DNA from: Candidatus Saccharimonadota bacterium
GTDB lineage: Bacteria; Patescibacteriota; Gracilibacteria; UBA4473
Direction: 5' to 3'
Assembly: GCA_020632335.1 (NCBI GenBank)
Contig: JACKFV010000001.1
Span: forward strand, 598,866 to 630,865
DNA: 32,000 bases
The position numbers were made by a program, and so were the translations under genes. Numbering within the stretch: position 1 is the first letter of the stretch; every line of letters starts with the position of its first letter. The notes below the pieces were generated by a model. It did not search any database. It was given only the letters and a program-made list of their open reading frames with translations, and had not been told where the DNA came from. Below are positions 6,807 to 14,532 of this stretch, piece after piece.

Positions 6807-7334
6807 CTAGCGCGCAACTGCTGCGGTCATGAGCGTGCTGGTGCGCTGCGCCTGGAGTAGCTCGGCCAGGCGGTCTTGCAGGCTCTGCCAGTCGTAGGGG
6901 AAGTGGTGCGTCTCGGCCGCTCGGATGAGGGCGCGCACGGCTGTCCAGCTATTGCTGGGGTCATAGGTGAAGCCGGTGCCGGTCTCCTTCACGCCGTCGT
7001 AGTCGGTCACTGGTCCTCCCGCGGGGCAGAGCAGCACGGTGTGGTAGCGTTTGCAGCGCTGGAGCAGGCTGTCATCGGGCAGGGTGGGGCTGAGCAGTAC
7101 GTCTGCGCGGCGGTCGATTCGCTCCCGGTGGAGGCTGGTGGCCTCGAGGATATTCAGCTGCGTGGGGTAGGACTCCTGCAGGGTCATCACACGCTGCTGC
7201 ATGGCCTGAGTCCCCACGGCGAGTACGCTCACCTCATACCCCAGGCTGAGTGCGGCCTCAAAGACCGGCAAGAGCCCCTCCAGTGAGCCATCTAGTGCTG
7301 CGGTGACGCCGAGGTGCAGTTCTTTTTGAGCCAT
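6807..7334 (-). CDS. stand-alone C-terminal Rossmann half of a GT-B glycosyltransferase (glycogen/starch-synthase-like)
   Basis: The 175-aa product aligns by eye to the C-terminal half of GlgA-type GT-B enzymes: ADVLLSPTL..., LLCPAGGPVTDY...TGTGFTYDPSNSWTAVRALIRAAE. No N-terminal half is present. Confidence 0.5.
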   Translation of the reverse strand: MAQKELHLGVTAALDGSLEGLLPVFEAALSLGYEVSVLAVGTQAMQQRVMTLQESYPTQLNILEATSLHRERIDRRADVLLSPTLPDDSLLQRCKRYHTVLLCPAGGPVTDYDGVKETGTGFTYDPSNSWTAVRALIRAAETHHFPYDWQSLQDRLAELLQAQRTSTLMTAAVAR

Positions 7335-7457
7335 CTGCTTACCCTACAGCAGACCTCTATGAAATGTCTATGAAGTACCATTGCGCGCTCTACCAGATGT
7401 GAGGAAGTAGCATATACCGCGCAGGCGTATACTAGGGGCGTTTTTATCCCCCTTCCT

Positions 7458-9236
7458 ATGCCCGTAACTGCTCATGTGCTGAACTCCGCAGCGCCCCACA
7501 CCGGCACTAAGGCAAGCGACACCACTGTGTGTAGCTTCCGGACGCATTACCTGCGGGCTGGGCGGCTGCCGCATGCGGATACCCCCGCTCCCATCTGTAG
7601 TGATGTAGGGCCAGCCATACGCGTGCAGCCCTCTGCCTATGCCGTGTGGGTGGAGCGCACCGGGGGGAGTGACAGCTATGGAGGGTTCCACGCGCTGCTA
7701 CAGGTGGGGCCAGACGCCGCCATAGACGTGCCCTATAGCGGTGAGGGAGCGGTGGTGGGGATCATCCGTAATGCGGGGGTGCAGCCCGGGGCCATCACCA
7801 GTAGTGATGGGAGTGCGGAGGCAGCGCTGCAGTTCCTCCCCAACGGCCACACCATGACGGACCAGCAGCTGCGCGCCAGCCTAGCACCAGACTGGCCTGT
7901 GCGCATAGCCGACGTGACCAGCGCTGGGGTGAGTGATGGGCCGCTGGCCATGGGGGTCTTTGCCGGGGGGGTAGACATGCAGGGCAGCAGCATCACGGGG
8001 CTCCTCCCCAGCCCCGCAGACCCCACCGCTGCGGTGAGTAACGCGCAGTTGCAGGGCCTTCTCACCCAGCTGGGCAGCAGTGTGGTGCTTACCCTCACGC
8101 CGAATGGGGGCTGCTTTCCTCATCGGCTGAGCTGGACATCTAGCCTCAGTGGGAGTGGTTTCTTCACCGTATTGCGGAACGGGGTAGCCATCAGCGACCC
8201 CCTGCCCGAGAGCACGCTCAGCTACACCGACTATGACTTTGTCTATGACGAGGTCTTTTATCAGGTGCGGCAGCTCGACACCACCACGGGGCAGATCATC
8301 ACCTCGAATACCGTCGGTATGGTGCCCGAAGACTGCGTGGCGCCGCTAGCGGGTGATTACGGCGACGGGGCTGATGGGGCGCTAGTGCTGAGTAACACCA
8401 CCCACACGCTGCAGCGCGGGCAGGTGTACCGCTACAGCAGTGTGGTGGTGGATGACAGCACGCTGCGGTTTACGGGCAATGGCGGTACGGTGATCTACGT
8501 TGACGGTGACCTGAGTGTGACGGGCAATAGCACGCTGCAGGGTATGCCGGGTATAGACATGCCGCTCATCGAGGTAATGCTCAGTGGTACGGTGTATAGC
8601 CTGCTGGGGGGGCATGGCGCGCATGGCTCTGGGGGGAGTGGGGGAGACGCTACTACTGGCGGCCAGGGGGGGGCTGGTGGGGCTGGCACCGGGAGCTGGG
8701 GCACTGGCCAGGGTGGCGCGGGGGGCTACACTACGGTGAATATGACGGCGGGTGGGCTGCCGGGCTCTGCGGCGAGTATGCTGCAGGCAGGGGGTGGCGG
8801 TGGTGGCGGCGGCGCAGATACCATCGCTACCGGGGGCAAGGGGGGCAATGGCGGCGTGCTGAGCGGGCTGCAGCCGGGGGTATTCTGGCTGGTGCGGGGG
8901 GCCATCACCCTCGACAGCAGCGTCACGATAGACATTGCGGGTGCTACGGGCAGCGGCGGCATCGACGGTAACCCCGGGGGATACAACGCCACGGGGCCCC
9001 GCTATGGGGGTACGGGAGGGGGAGGTGGTGGCGCTGGAGGAGCTGACGGAGCGCACTGGTACTTCTGCAGCGAGGGGGCGCAGACCGTGGGGAGCTACAC
9101 CGCACTCCTCAGCGGAGGGAATGGCGGCCCCGGGGGAGACTCGCTCGGGCAGGCACCAGCGCCGGGGAGCGCCGGCACCAGTGGTACTGCGGGGGCAGCG
9201 GGCTCAGCGGGGGCAGTGCAGTTCATCGCCCTGTAG
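7458..9236 (+). CDS. tail-fibre-like protein with glycine-rich C-terminal half
   Basis: No signal peptide. The motif GSSITGLLPSPADPTAAVSNAQLQGL resembles the I-x-N-L-x-x-P-x-x-x-x-D-A-V-N-K-x-Y element of phage fibres. An FN3/Ig-like segment is present (LSWTSS...FYQVRQLD). GDYGDGADGALVLSNTTHTL starts a beta-helix-like segment. Residues ~384-588 are GGxGG-type glycine-rich repeats. Confidence 0.6.
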   Translation: MPVTAHVLNSAAPHTGTKASDTTVCSFRTHYLRAGRLPHADTPAPICSDVGPAIRVQPSAYAVWVERTGGSDSYGGFHALLQVGPDAAIDVPYSGEGAVVGIIRNAGVQPGAITSSDGSAEAALQFLPNGHTMTDQQLRASLAPDWPVRIADVTSAGVSDGPLAMGVFAGGVDMQGSSITGLLPSPADPTAAVSNAQLQGLLTQLGSSVVLTLTPNGGCFPHRLSWTSSLSGSGFFTVLRNGVAISDPLPESTLSYTDYDFVYDEVFYQVRQLDTTTGQIITSNTVGMVPEDCVAPLAGDYGDGADGALVLSNTTHTLQRGQVYRYSSVVVDDSTLRFTGNGGTVIYVDGDLSVTGNSTLQGMPGIDMPLIEVMLSGTVYSLLGGHGAHGSGGSGGDATTGGQGGAGGAGTGSWGTGQGGAGGYTTVNMTAGGLPGSAASMLQAGGGGGGGGADTIATGGKGGNGGVLSGLQPGVFWLVRGAITLDSSVTIDIAGATGSGGIDGNPGGYNATGPRYGGTGGGGGGAGGADGAHWYFCSEGAQTVGSYTALLSGGNGGPGGDSLGQAPAPGSAGTSGTAGAAGSAGAVQFIAL

Positions 9237-9274
9237 GGTGCTGGTGGGGAGCTCTGGGTACGCTCTGGTTGCAG

Positions 9275-9303
9275 ATCCCCTGCCTACTGGTGGGGGATTT
9301 TTC
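9275..9303 (+). terminator. rho-independent terminator after the 7458..9236 gene
   Basis: ATCCCC (9275-9280) - 12-nt loop - GGGGAT (9293-9298), followed by TTTTC. Confidence 0.65.
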
Positions 9304-9496
9304 ATGACGGATGTCTTCCTCTGGAGGCAGCATAGTAGAGAATCTTACTGAGAGTAGCGCTGCTATTATCTTGTGTATAGTGCTCTGGCAAGAGGCGGTG
9401 CAACACTATAACGGCTGTATATCTCTGTGATGGGGGCTTTATGGTCGGTGACTCCATCAGAGGGACACTGGCACCCCAGCACCAGTTGCAAGAGCT

Positions 9497-11197
9497 CTAG
9501 CGCAGTTTCTCTGCCTGCTCGCGCCGGGTTTTCTCCACCTGCAGGGCGGTGATGTACCCCTCCCACAGCCGCTCTACTACCTGCTCTGCCACCTCCTCGT
9601 CCTCTTGCTCTGCGGCCTGGTGGAGCTCCCAGGTGTTCAGCAGTGCGGTCTCCTCTGGGGTCAGGCTCTCGCCGGTGTGGAGCTTACGCAGCAGCGTGTG
9701 GGGCGGCGTACCGGGGGAGAGGAGGAGCAGCACCTCGGCGTCGAGGAAGTCCTCCACCACCGGAAAAAAGTACCGCACAAACCCCACAAATTCCTCCTCC
9801 CGCGTGAACCGCTCCCGGGACTCCGTATCCCGCTCCTTCAGGCGCTGGGGCTTTCTCGGTGGCGTTGTGAGCTGGAGGCGCTCTAGCTCAGCCATGAGGA
9901 GTTCCTTCGGCTGCCCCAGCGTGCCCGAGAGCAGGGTGAGGAAGTGCTCGCGCTCTATAGGCCGGGTAACGAGGTTCAGCAGTGGCAGGTAGGCGTCTAG
10001 CAGTGCTGTCTGGCCGCTGAGGGTGCCGTTGAGGAGTTTGCTGGCCATGGCATGCAGCAGCGCTTCCAGTGCATGGGGGGGGGTACGCAGCGCTGCATCA
10101 AGAGCGGGGGGCACGGTAGAGCTCGTCTGCCCACGGAGGGTGTCATCCAGGTCTTTCTCGCCCGCAGGCAGCTGCACCAGGTGAGGGGTCATGCCCGCGC
10201 GTAGTGTCATCTCCACGGCACGGAGCGTGGCTTTCTTCCCCGCGGTGTCATTATCAAAGCACAGGTGTAGCGCGTTGGTTACTCGCCTGAGCATGCGCAG
10301 GTGGTCCTCCGTCAGGCTGGTGCCGCAGGTGGCCACCGTGTGCGCATAGCCTGCCGTGTGCGCTGTGATGACGTCAAAGTTCCCCTCCACCAGCAGTGCC
10401 GCACCGTGCTGAGGGATGGCCTTCCGCGCTCTGTGGTAGCCAAAAAGCGTTTTGGACTTTATATACAGCGGGTTCTCCGGACTATTGACGTACTTGGCGC
10501 GCTGGTGGGTGGTACTCTCGGGGAGGATATCTCGGCCACTGAAGGCGATGATCAGCGGGTTCTCCGCCGTGGAGCGGGCGTCATACACCGGGGTGATCAC
10601 CCGCCCCCAGAACCGGTCTTGCATGGTTTTCTCCTCGCCATAGGTGTACGCCACGCCGCTGTGCTGCAGTTCCTCCCGGGTGTAGCCCTGCTGCAGCAGC
10701 CAGTGCGTCAGGCCGTCCTTGGCGTCCCCTCCATAACCGATGCCCCAGCGCTGCTGCGTGGGCGTGTCTATCTGCCGCTGGGTGAGGTAGTCCTGCGCGG
10801 TGCTACTGTGCTGCAGCTGCTGGAGGAAGTACTGGTTGGCCGCCTGGTGCAGCTGGTAGAGGCGCTCTTTAGTGTCCTTCTGCTGTGGGGTGGCCTTGTG
10901 TGAGCGCTTTGGCATCTCCATACCGGCTTCATCAGCCAGGAGTTCTACTGCCTCCAGGAAGCTCAGGTTCTCCGCCTTCTCGATAAACCGGATGACATCA
11001 CCCCCCTCACTCGCGCCAAAGTCATACCAGAACTGCCGGTCACTACTCACGCTGAAGCTGGGGGTTCGCTCGTTGCGGAAGGGACTGCGGCACATGTAGT
11101 TGCGTCCGCGCTTCTGTAGTTCGGCATAGCGCCCCACCACGGCCACGATGTCCGTGCGGTCCTTGAGGTCGTCGAGGAAGCGCTCCCAGCTCTGCAT
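9497..11197 (-). CDS. dnaG: DNA primase
   Basis: N-terminal primase zinc-ribbon-like region (PFRNERTPSFSV). RNA polymerase core. TOPRIM motifs LLVEGNFDVI and CFDNDTAGKKAT. The zinc ligands are substituted (see findings). Confidence 0.9.
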   Translation of the reverse strand: MQSWERFLDDLKDRTDIVAVVGRYAELQKRGRNYMCRSPFRNERTPSFSVSSDRQFWYDFGASEGGDVIRFIEKAENLSFLEAVELLADEAGMEMPKRSHKATPQQKDTKERLYQLHQAANQYFLQQLQHSSTAQDYLTQRQIDTPTQQRWGIGYGGDAKDGLTHWLLQQGYTREELQHSGVAYTYGEEKTMQDRFWGRVITPVYDARSTAENPLIIAFSGRDILPESTTHQRAKYVNSPENPLYIKSKTLFGYHRARKAIPQHGAALLVEGNFDVITAHTAGYAHTVATCGTSLTEDHLRMLRRVTNALHLCFDNDTAGKKATLRAVEMTLRAGMTPHLVQLPAGEKDLDDTLRGQTSSTVPPALDAALRTPPHALEALLHAMASKLLNGTLSGQTALLDAYLPLLNLVTRPIEREHFLTLLSGTLGQPKELLMAELERLQLTTPPRKPQRLKERDTESRERFTREEEFVGFVRYFFPVVEDFLDAEVLLLLSPGTPPHTLLRKLHTGESLTPEETALLNTWELHQAAEQEDEEVAEQVVERLWEGYITALQVEKTRREQAEKLR

Positions 11198-11248
11198 AGC
11201 GGTAGTGTAGTGGCCGCAGAGGAGGGTTCAAGTAATCGGTGGTTTTCG

Positions 11249-11279
11249 TTGACAAATAGCCACTTTTATGGCATATAAC
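11249..11279 (+). promoter_or_regulatory. sigma70-like promoter (TTGACA ... TATAAC) for the 11316 lipoprotein gene
   Basis: TTGACA at 11249-11254 and TATAAC at 11274-11279 with a 19-nt spacer. Alternatively CATATA with a 17-nt spacer. Confidence 0.4.
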
Positions 11280-11315
11280 GGGAAATTATTTTTTCACCCA
11301 TACACAATTTTAATT

Positions 11316-11855
11316 ATGTTTAGATTATTTACGCGTATTGCACTCCTTTTGTTCTTTGTCACCACACTTCCAGGGTGTGTTCCCTATTCTCTTCCTCCAA
11401 GAACACTTTCTGCGCCGCACTATTGCATGCAGATACCATTATTAACAGAAACGGTTCCAGAGACTTGTATACTGGACAAGCATGTACTAGCATCAGTAGC
11501 CGGGGCGCTCCTCCATCATCCAGATGTGGTAGAGGACTCGACGGGTTTTCGTCTAGGAGAGATAGAATTCTCCATAGTCCCAGAGGCTGATACTCTCTGG
11601 TGTCCTCAGCTAAAGACGGTGCCAGATCTGTATTATTGTTTACAGCAGTATTATAAACAACAAGTGATTCTTGATGGATATGCCTACTATTATGTAATGT
11701 ATTGTCTCGACGAGCATGAAATTATAATATTTGCTGCTAAGAATAAAAGTCGGACACATCATAATAATATGCAGGAGTATAGCGTTATCATAGTCATAGA
11801 TAATAGACCACTACCAGAATTATCTTGCAACAAAACTGAGGGCACACAAATGTAA
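11316..11855 (+). CDS. lipoprotein, function unknown (AT-rich islet)
   Basis: Start taken at ATG 11316, giving MFRLFTRIALLLFFVTTLPG-C (signal peptide plus lipobox). The track ORF begins at 11268. Strongly AT-rich codon usage compared with neighbouring genes. Confidence 0.6.
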   Translation: MFRLFTRIALLLFFVTTLPGCVPYSLPPRTLSAPHYCMQIPLLTETVPETCILDKHVLASVAGALLHHPDVVEDSTGFRLGEIEFSIVPEADTLWCPQLKTVPDLYYCLQQYYKQQVILDGYAYYYVMYCLDEHEIIIFAAKNKSRTHHNNMQEYSVIIVIDNRPLPELSCNKTEGTQM

Positions 11856-11873
11856 GTGTGACCCCCCATACAC

Positions 11874-11915
11874 ATATCCCTTTAGTTTTGCTATCAAGAT
11901 CAAAGGGATATTTTA
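11874..11915 (+). terminator. hairpin terminator after the 11316 gene (overlaps the pilT stop)
   Basis: Perfect 10-bp stem ATATCCCTTT (11874-11883) / AAAGGGATAT (11902-11911), followed by TTTTA. Confidence 0.65.
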
Positions 11916-12998
11916 TACCCCGTTTGCCTCTATACCATTGGTCTTGAGGATATTGGTCAGTTGCTCGCTATTGCGGCAGTACTCATAGGCGGTGTCTTTA
12001 GTGATGATGCCGCTCAGCACCAGCCCCGCCAGCGACTGCTCCAGCTGCACCATCTCGCCGCTGGTATCGGCCTGGAAGGCATTGGGGATCTGGTACACTT
12101 TATTCTGCCGGATGTAGTTCTGGATAGCGTAGTTACTGGTGAGGATCTCATACGCCAGCACCAGCCCTGCGCCATCTGCCCGGGGCACGAGCCGCTGAGA
12201 GATCACCATGCTGAGTGTGGTAGCCAGCTGGCTGCGTACTTGCTCCTGCTGGTCGGCCGAGAAGACATCTATGATGCGGCTGACCGTCTGCGGCCCAGAG
12301 CTGGTATGCAGCGTGCTGAAGACCACATGCCCCGTCTCGGCCAGGGTGAGCGTAGCGGAGATAGCCTCTAGGTCTCGCATTTCGCCTACCATGATCACGT
12401 CTGGGTCGGCCCGCAGGCAGCTCTTTATCCCGCTGTGGAAGTCCCGCACGTCTCGCCCTACCTCCCGCTGCTGGATGACAGAGGTATCTGACTGCAGCAG
12501 GTACTCCACGGGGTCCTCTATGGTGATGATATGCCCGGTCTGTTGCTCCGCCCGGTGCTGGAGGAAACTGGCCAGCGTGGTGCTCTTCCCCTGCCCTGTG
12601 GGCCCCACCACCAGCACCAGGCCGTTGCGCATGTGCGCTATGCGCTCCAGGACAAACTCCGGGAAGCCCAGGTCTTGTATCGGGAAGGGCCGCTCACGGA
12701 TGATACGGAAGCTCACCCCCGTGCCCTTATCCTCGTGGAAGGCATTGCCCCGGAGGCGCGTCCCCCCCGCCGTCCGGAAGACAAAATCCACCTGGTGCTG
12801 CTGCTCCAGCTGGAGCTGGTCTTGCTCTTGCAGCATAGCGCCCAGCATCTCGAGGATTTGCTCGTTGGTGATGGGCTCGCCCACGGCCTGCAGTACGGTA
12901 TTGCGCCGCAGGTAGATGCGAGCATTGGGGCTGAAGTGTACGTCACTACAGAGCTCCTGCGCGGCGTAGTCGATGATCTGTTCGTAGTCCAGCGGCAT
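11913..12998 (-). CDS. pilT: type IV pilus retraction ATPase PilT family
   Basis: Walker A GPTGQGKST. Asp box IITIEDPVEY. Walker B DVIMVGEMRD. His box FSTLHTSS. PilT-type signature AIQNYIRQNKVYQIPN (compare AIRNLIREGK). Confidence 0.85.
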   Translation of the reverse strand: MPLDYEQIIDYAAQELCSDVHFSPNARIYLRRNTVLQAVGEPITNEQILEMLGAMLQEQDQLQLEQQHQVDFVFRTAGGTRLRGNAFHEDKGTGVSFRIIRERPFPIQDLGFPEFVLERIAHMRNGLVLVVGPTGQGKSTTLASFLQHRAEQQTGHIITIEDPVEYLLQSDTSVIQQREVGRDVRDFHSGIKSCLRADPDVIMVGEMRDLEAISATLTLAETGHVVFSTLHTSSGPQTVSRIIDVFSADQQEQVRSQLATTLSMVISQRLVPRADGAGLVLAYEILTSNYAIQNYIRQNKVYQIPNAFQADTSGEMVQLEQSLAGLVLSGIITKDTAYEYCRNSEQLTNILKTNGIEANGV

Positions 12999-13000
12999 GG

Positions 13001-13501
13001 TTAGGAAGTTTTAGGTTTCTTGGGAGCGGGTTTGCTGGTTTTTTTAGTCTTCTCGGTCAGGCTGCCGGTGGTTTTTTTGGCCTTAGCGGTGGCGGTGGCG
13101 GCTTTCTTCTGCACGGTGCTGGCCGCTTTTTGCGTGGATTTCTTCACCTGCTTGGTGGTCTTCTCGGCCTGCGCCTTCACCTCAGTGGCCTTCTTTTTTA
13201 CGGCTTTGGTTGATTTTTTCGCGGTGGACTCCACCTGCGCCTTCGCCTTTGTGACGGACTGCTGCACTGCTTTGGTCTTGGCTTTGGCCTTTTTTTCTAC
13301 CGTTTGGCTGGCGTCGTGCAGGTTTTTCTTGGTCTTTTTGGCGCTCTCCTGCGCGGCTTCAGCGGCGTGCTCGGTCTTGTTGCGCAGCATCTCGGTGCCT
13401 TCTTCCATGGTCTTATAGGCATTGCGCCAGAGCTCCTTGGACTTCTGCAGGAATTCCTGAGACGACGTACGCATGTTTTTGGCAAGGGACTTCCAGTCCA
13501 T
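13001..13501 (-). CDS. Lys/Ala/Thr-rich low-complexity protein with ~11/22-residue periodicity (histone-H1-like/LEA-like composition)
   Basis: MDWKSLAKNMRTSSQEFL... is followed by repeats such as TKAVQQSVTKAKAQVESTAKKS and TKAVKKKATEVKAQAEKTTKQVKKS. The stop at 13001-13003 lies 2 nt from the pilT ATG (12996-12998). Confidence 0.6.
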   Translation of the reverse strand: MDWKSLAKNMRTSSQEFLQKSKELWRNAYKTMEEGTEMLRNKTEHAAEAAQESAKKTKKNLHDASQTVEKKAKAKTKAVQQSVTKAKAQVESTAKKSTKAVKKKATEVKAQAEKTTKQVKKSTQKAASTVQKKAATATAKAKKTTGSLTEKTKKTSKPAPKKPKTS

Positions 13502-13579
13502 AGAGGGGACGATTACACCCCTAGTCTAGCAGATACTGGCGCGCCATAGCAACCCTTTTGCCTTGCTTTCTCGGGCTAC

Positions 13580-13607
13580 TTGCGCTGGGGCGTCATTGCC
13601 CTATGGT
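13580..13607 (+). promoter_or_regulatory. candidate promoter for the SOD gene (TTGCGC-16 nt-TATGGT)
   Basis: TTGCGC at 13580-13585 and TATGGT at 13602-13607. The ATG lies 21 nt downstream. Confidence 0.35.
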
Positions 13608-13628
13608 GGGGGTGTATCGCCCCACACT

Positions 13629-14222
13629 ATGCCCCATATGCTACCGCCGCTGCCCTACGCCTATGACGCGCTGGAGCCGCACATAGATGCCCAGACCATG
13701 CAGCTCCACCACGATGTGCACCACGCGGGGTATGTCGCGGGGCTGAACGCCGCAGAGGATACCATCGCTGCGTGTAATGCCTCGGGCGACTATAGCAGGC
13801 TGAAGGAGGCGCTCTACGCGCAGGCATTCCACAGCTGTGGGCATTTCCTCCACAGTGTCTTCTGGCAGAATATGGCGCCGGTGGGCACGGGGGGGCAGCT
13901 GTCTGCTGAGCTTCGTGCGCAGGTAGAGAAGGACTTTGGCAGTGTGGAGGCGCTCAAGAGTTGCTTCCTCGCGGCAGGCAAGGGAGTGGAGGGGAGCGGC
14001 TGGGCCATGCTGCTGAGCGACGGGAAGCAGCTGAAGGTAGGCTTCCACCACAACCACCAGAACTCCAGCCTGGGGGGCGGCTTCACGCCGGTGCTGGTGT
14101 GTGACGTCTGGGAGCACGCCTATTACCTGCGCTACCAGAACCGCCGGGCTGAGTACCTGGAGCACTTCTGGCAGGTGATCAACTGGGCTGACGTGAGTGA
14201 GCGCTTTGCTGCTACTGTCTAA
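13629..14222 (+). CDS. sod: Fe/Mn-family superoxide dismutase
   Basis: Start taken at ATG 13629 (MPHMLPPLPYAYDALEPHIDAQTMQLHHDVHHAGYV). Metal-ligand motifs HHDVHH and DVWEHAYY are present. The track ORF begins at an upstream TTG. Confidence 0.9.
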   Translation: MPHMLPPLPYAYDALEPHIDAQTMQLHHDVHHAGYVAGLNAAEDTIAACNASGDYSRLKEALYAQAFHSCGHFLHSVFWQNMAPVGTGGQLSAELRAQVEKDFGSVEALKSCFLAAGKGVEGSGWAMLLSDGKQLKVGFHHNHQNSSLGGGFTPVLVCDVWEHAYYLRYQNRRAEYLEHFWQVINWADVSERFAATV

Positions 14223-14241
14223 GAAAACCTAAGAGCCATCC

Positions 14242-14526
14242 ATGAATCTCACGCCTTTCCTCACCCAGTACCCCGCATGGCAGGCTCGCAAGCAGATGCT
14301 GCTGCGGCGCTATACCTTCGATGATTACCTCACCGGGCTGGACTTCCTCAACGATGTGGCGAGCCTGGCCGAAGACCTGGGGCATCACCCCGATATGCTG
14401 CTGCAGTACCGCACGGTGAGTCTGAGCCTCACCACGCATGAGGACGGCCCGCAGGTGACCGAGGACGACGTGCGTCTGGCCATGGCTATAGAGCAGCTCT
14501 ATGAGGAGGCGTATAAGATGGGCTAG
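14242..14526 (+). CDS. phhB: pterin-4-alpha-carbinolamine dehydratase (PCD/DCoH family)
   Basis: Family pattern LLRRYTFDDYLTGLDFLNDVASLAEDLGHHPDMLLQYRTVSLSLTTHE. Confidence 0.85.
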   Translation: MNLTPFLTQYPAWQARKQMLLRRYTFDDYLTGLDFLNDVASLAEDLGHHPDMLLQYRTVSLSLTTHEDGPQVTEDDVRLAMAIEQLYEEAYKMG

Positions 14527-14532
14527 CAGCCC

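Noticed and set aside
7368-7691. 107-aa minus-strand ORF spanning the intergenic region and the 5' end of the 7458 gene
   Set aside because: It overlaps the start of the fibre-like gene, has no motifs or plausible start context, and has Gly/Arg-rich composition.
8607-9221. Periodic repeats as a possible CRISPR or other non-coding array (also 27076-27828)
   Set aside because: The repeats are in-frame, degenerate coding repeats (GGxGG and Hep_Hag-like 14-mers) inside long ORFs. There is no alternation of identical repeats with unique spacers.
9304-9496. ~190-bp lower-GC spacer between the fibre-gene terminator and the dnaG stop, examined for an sRNA or small ORF
   Set aside because: It contains only short imperfect stems (for example TATAGTG/CACTATA) and a 15-codon ORF. 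No promoter-terminator pair or recognisable RNA motif is present.
11199-11243. tRNA-like fragments (GGTAGTGTAGTGG ... GGGTTCAAGT) just upstream of dnaG
   Set aside because: No acceptor, anticodon or T stem can be paired, so the stretch cannot fold into a cloverleaf. The resemblance to D-loop and T-loop strings is probably coincidental, or at most an eroded remnant.
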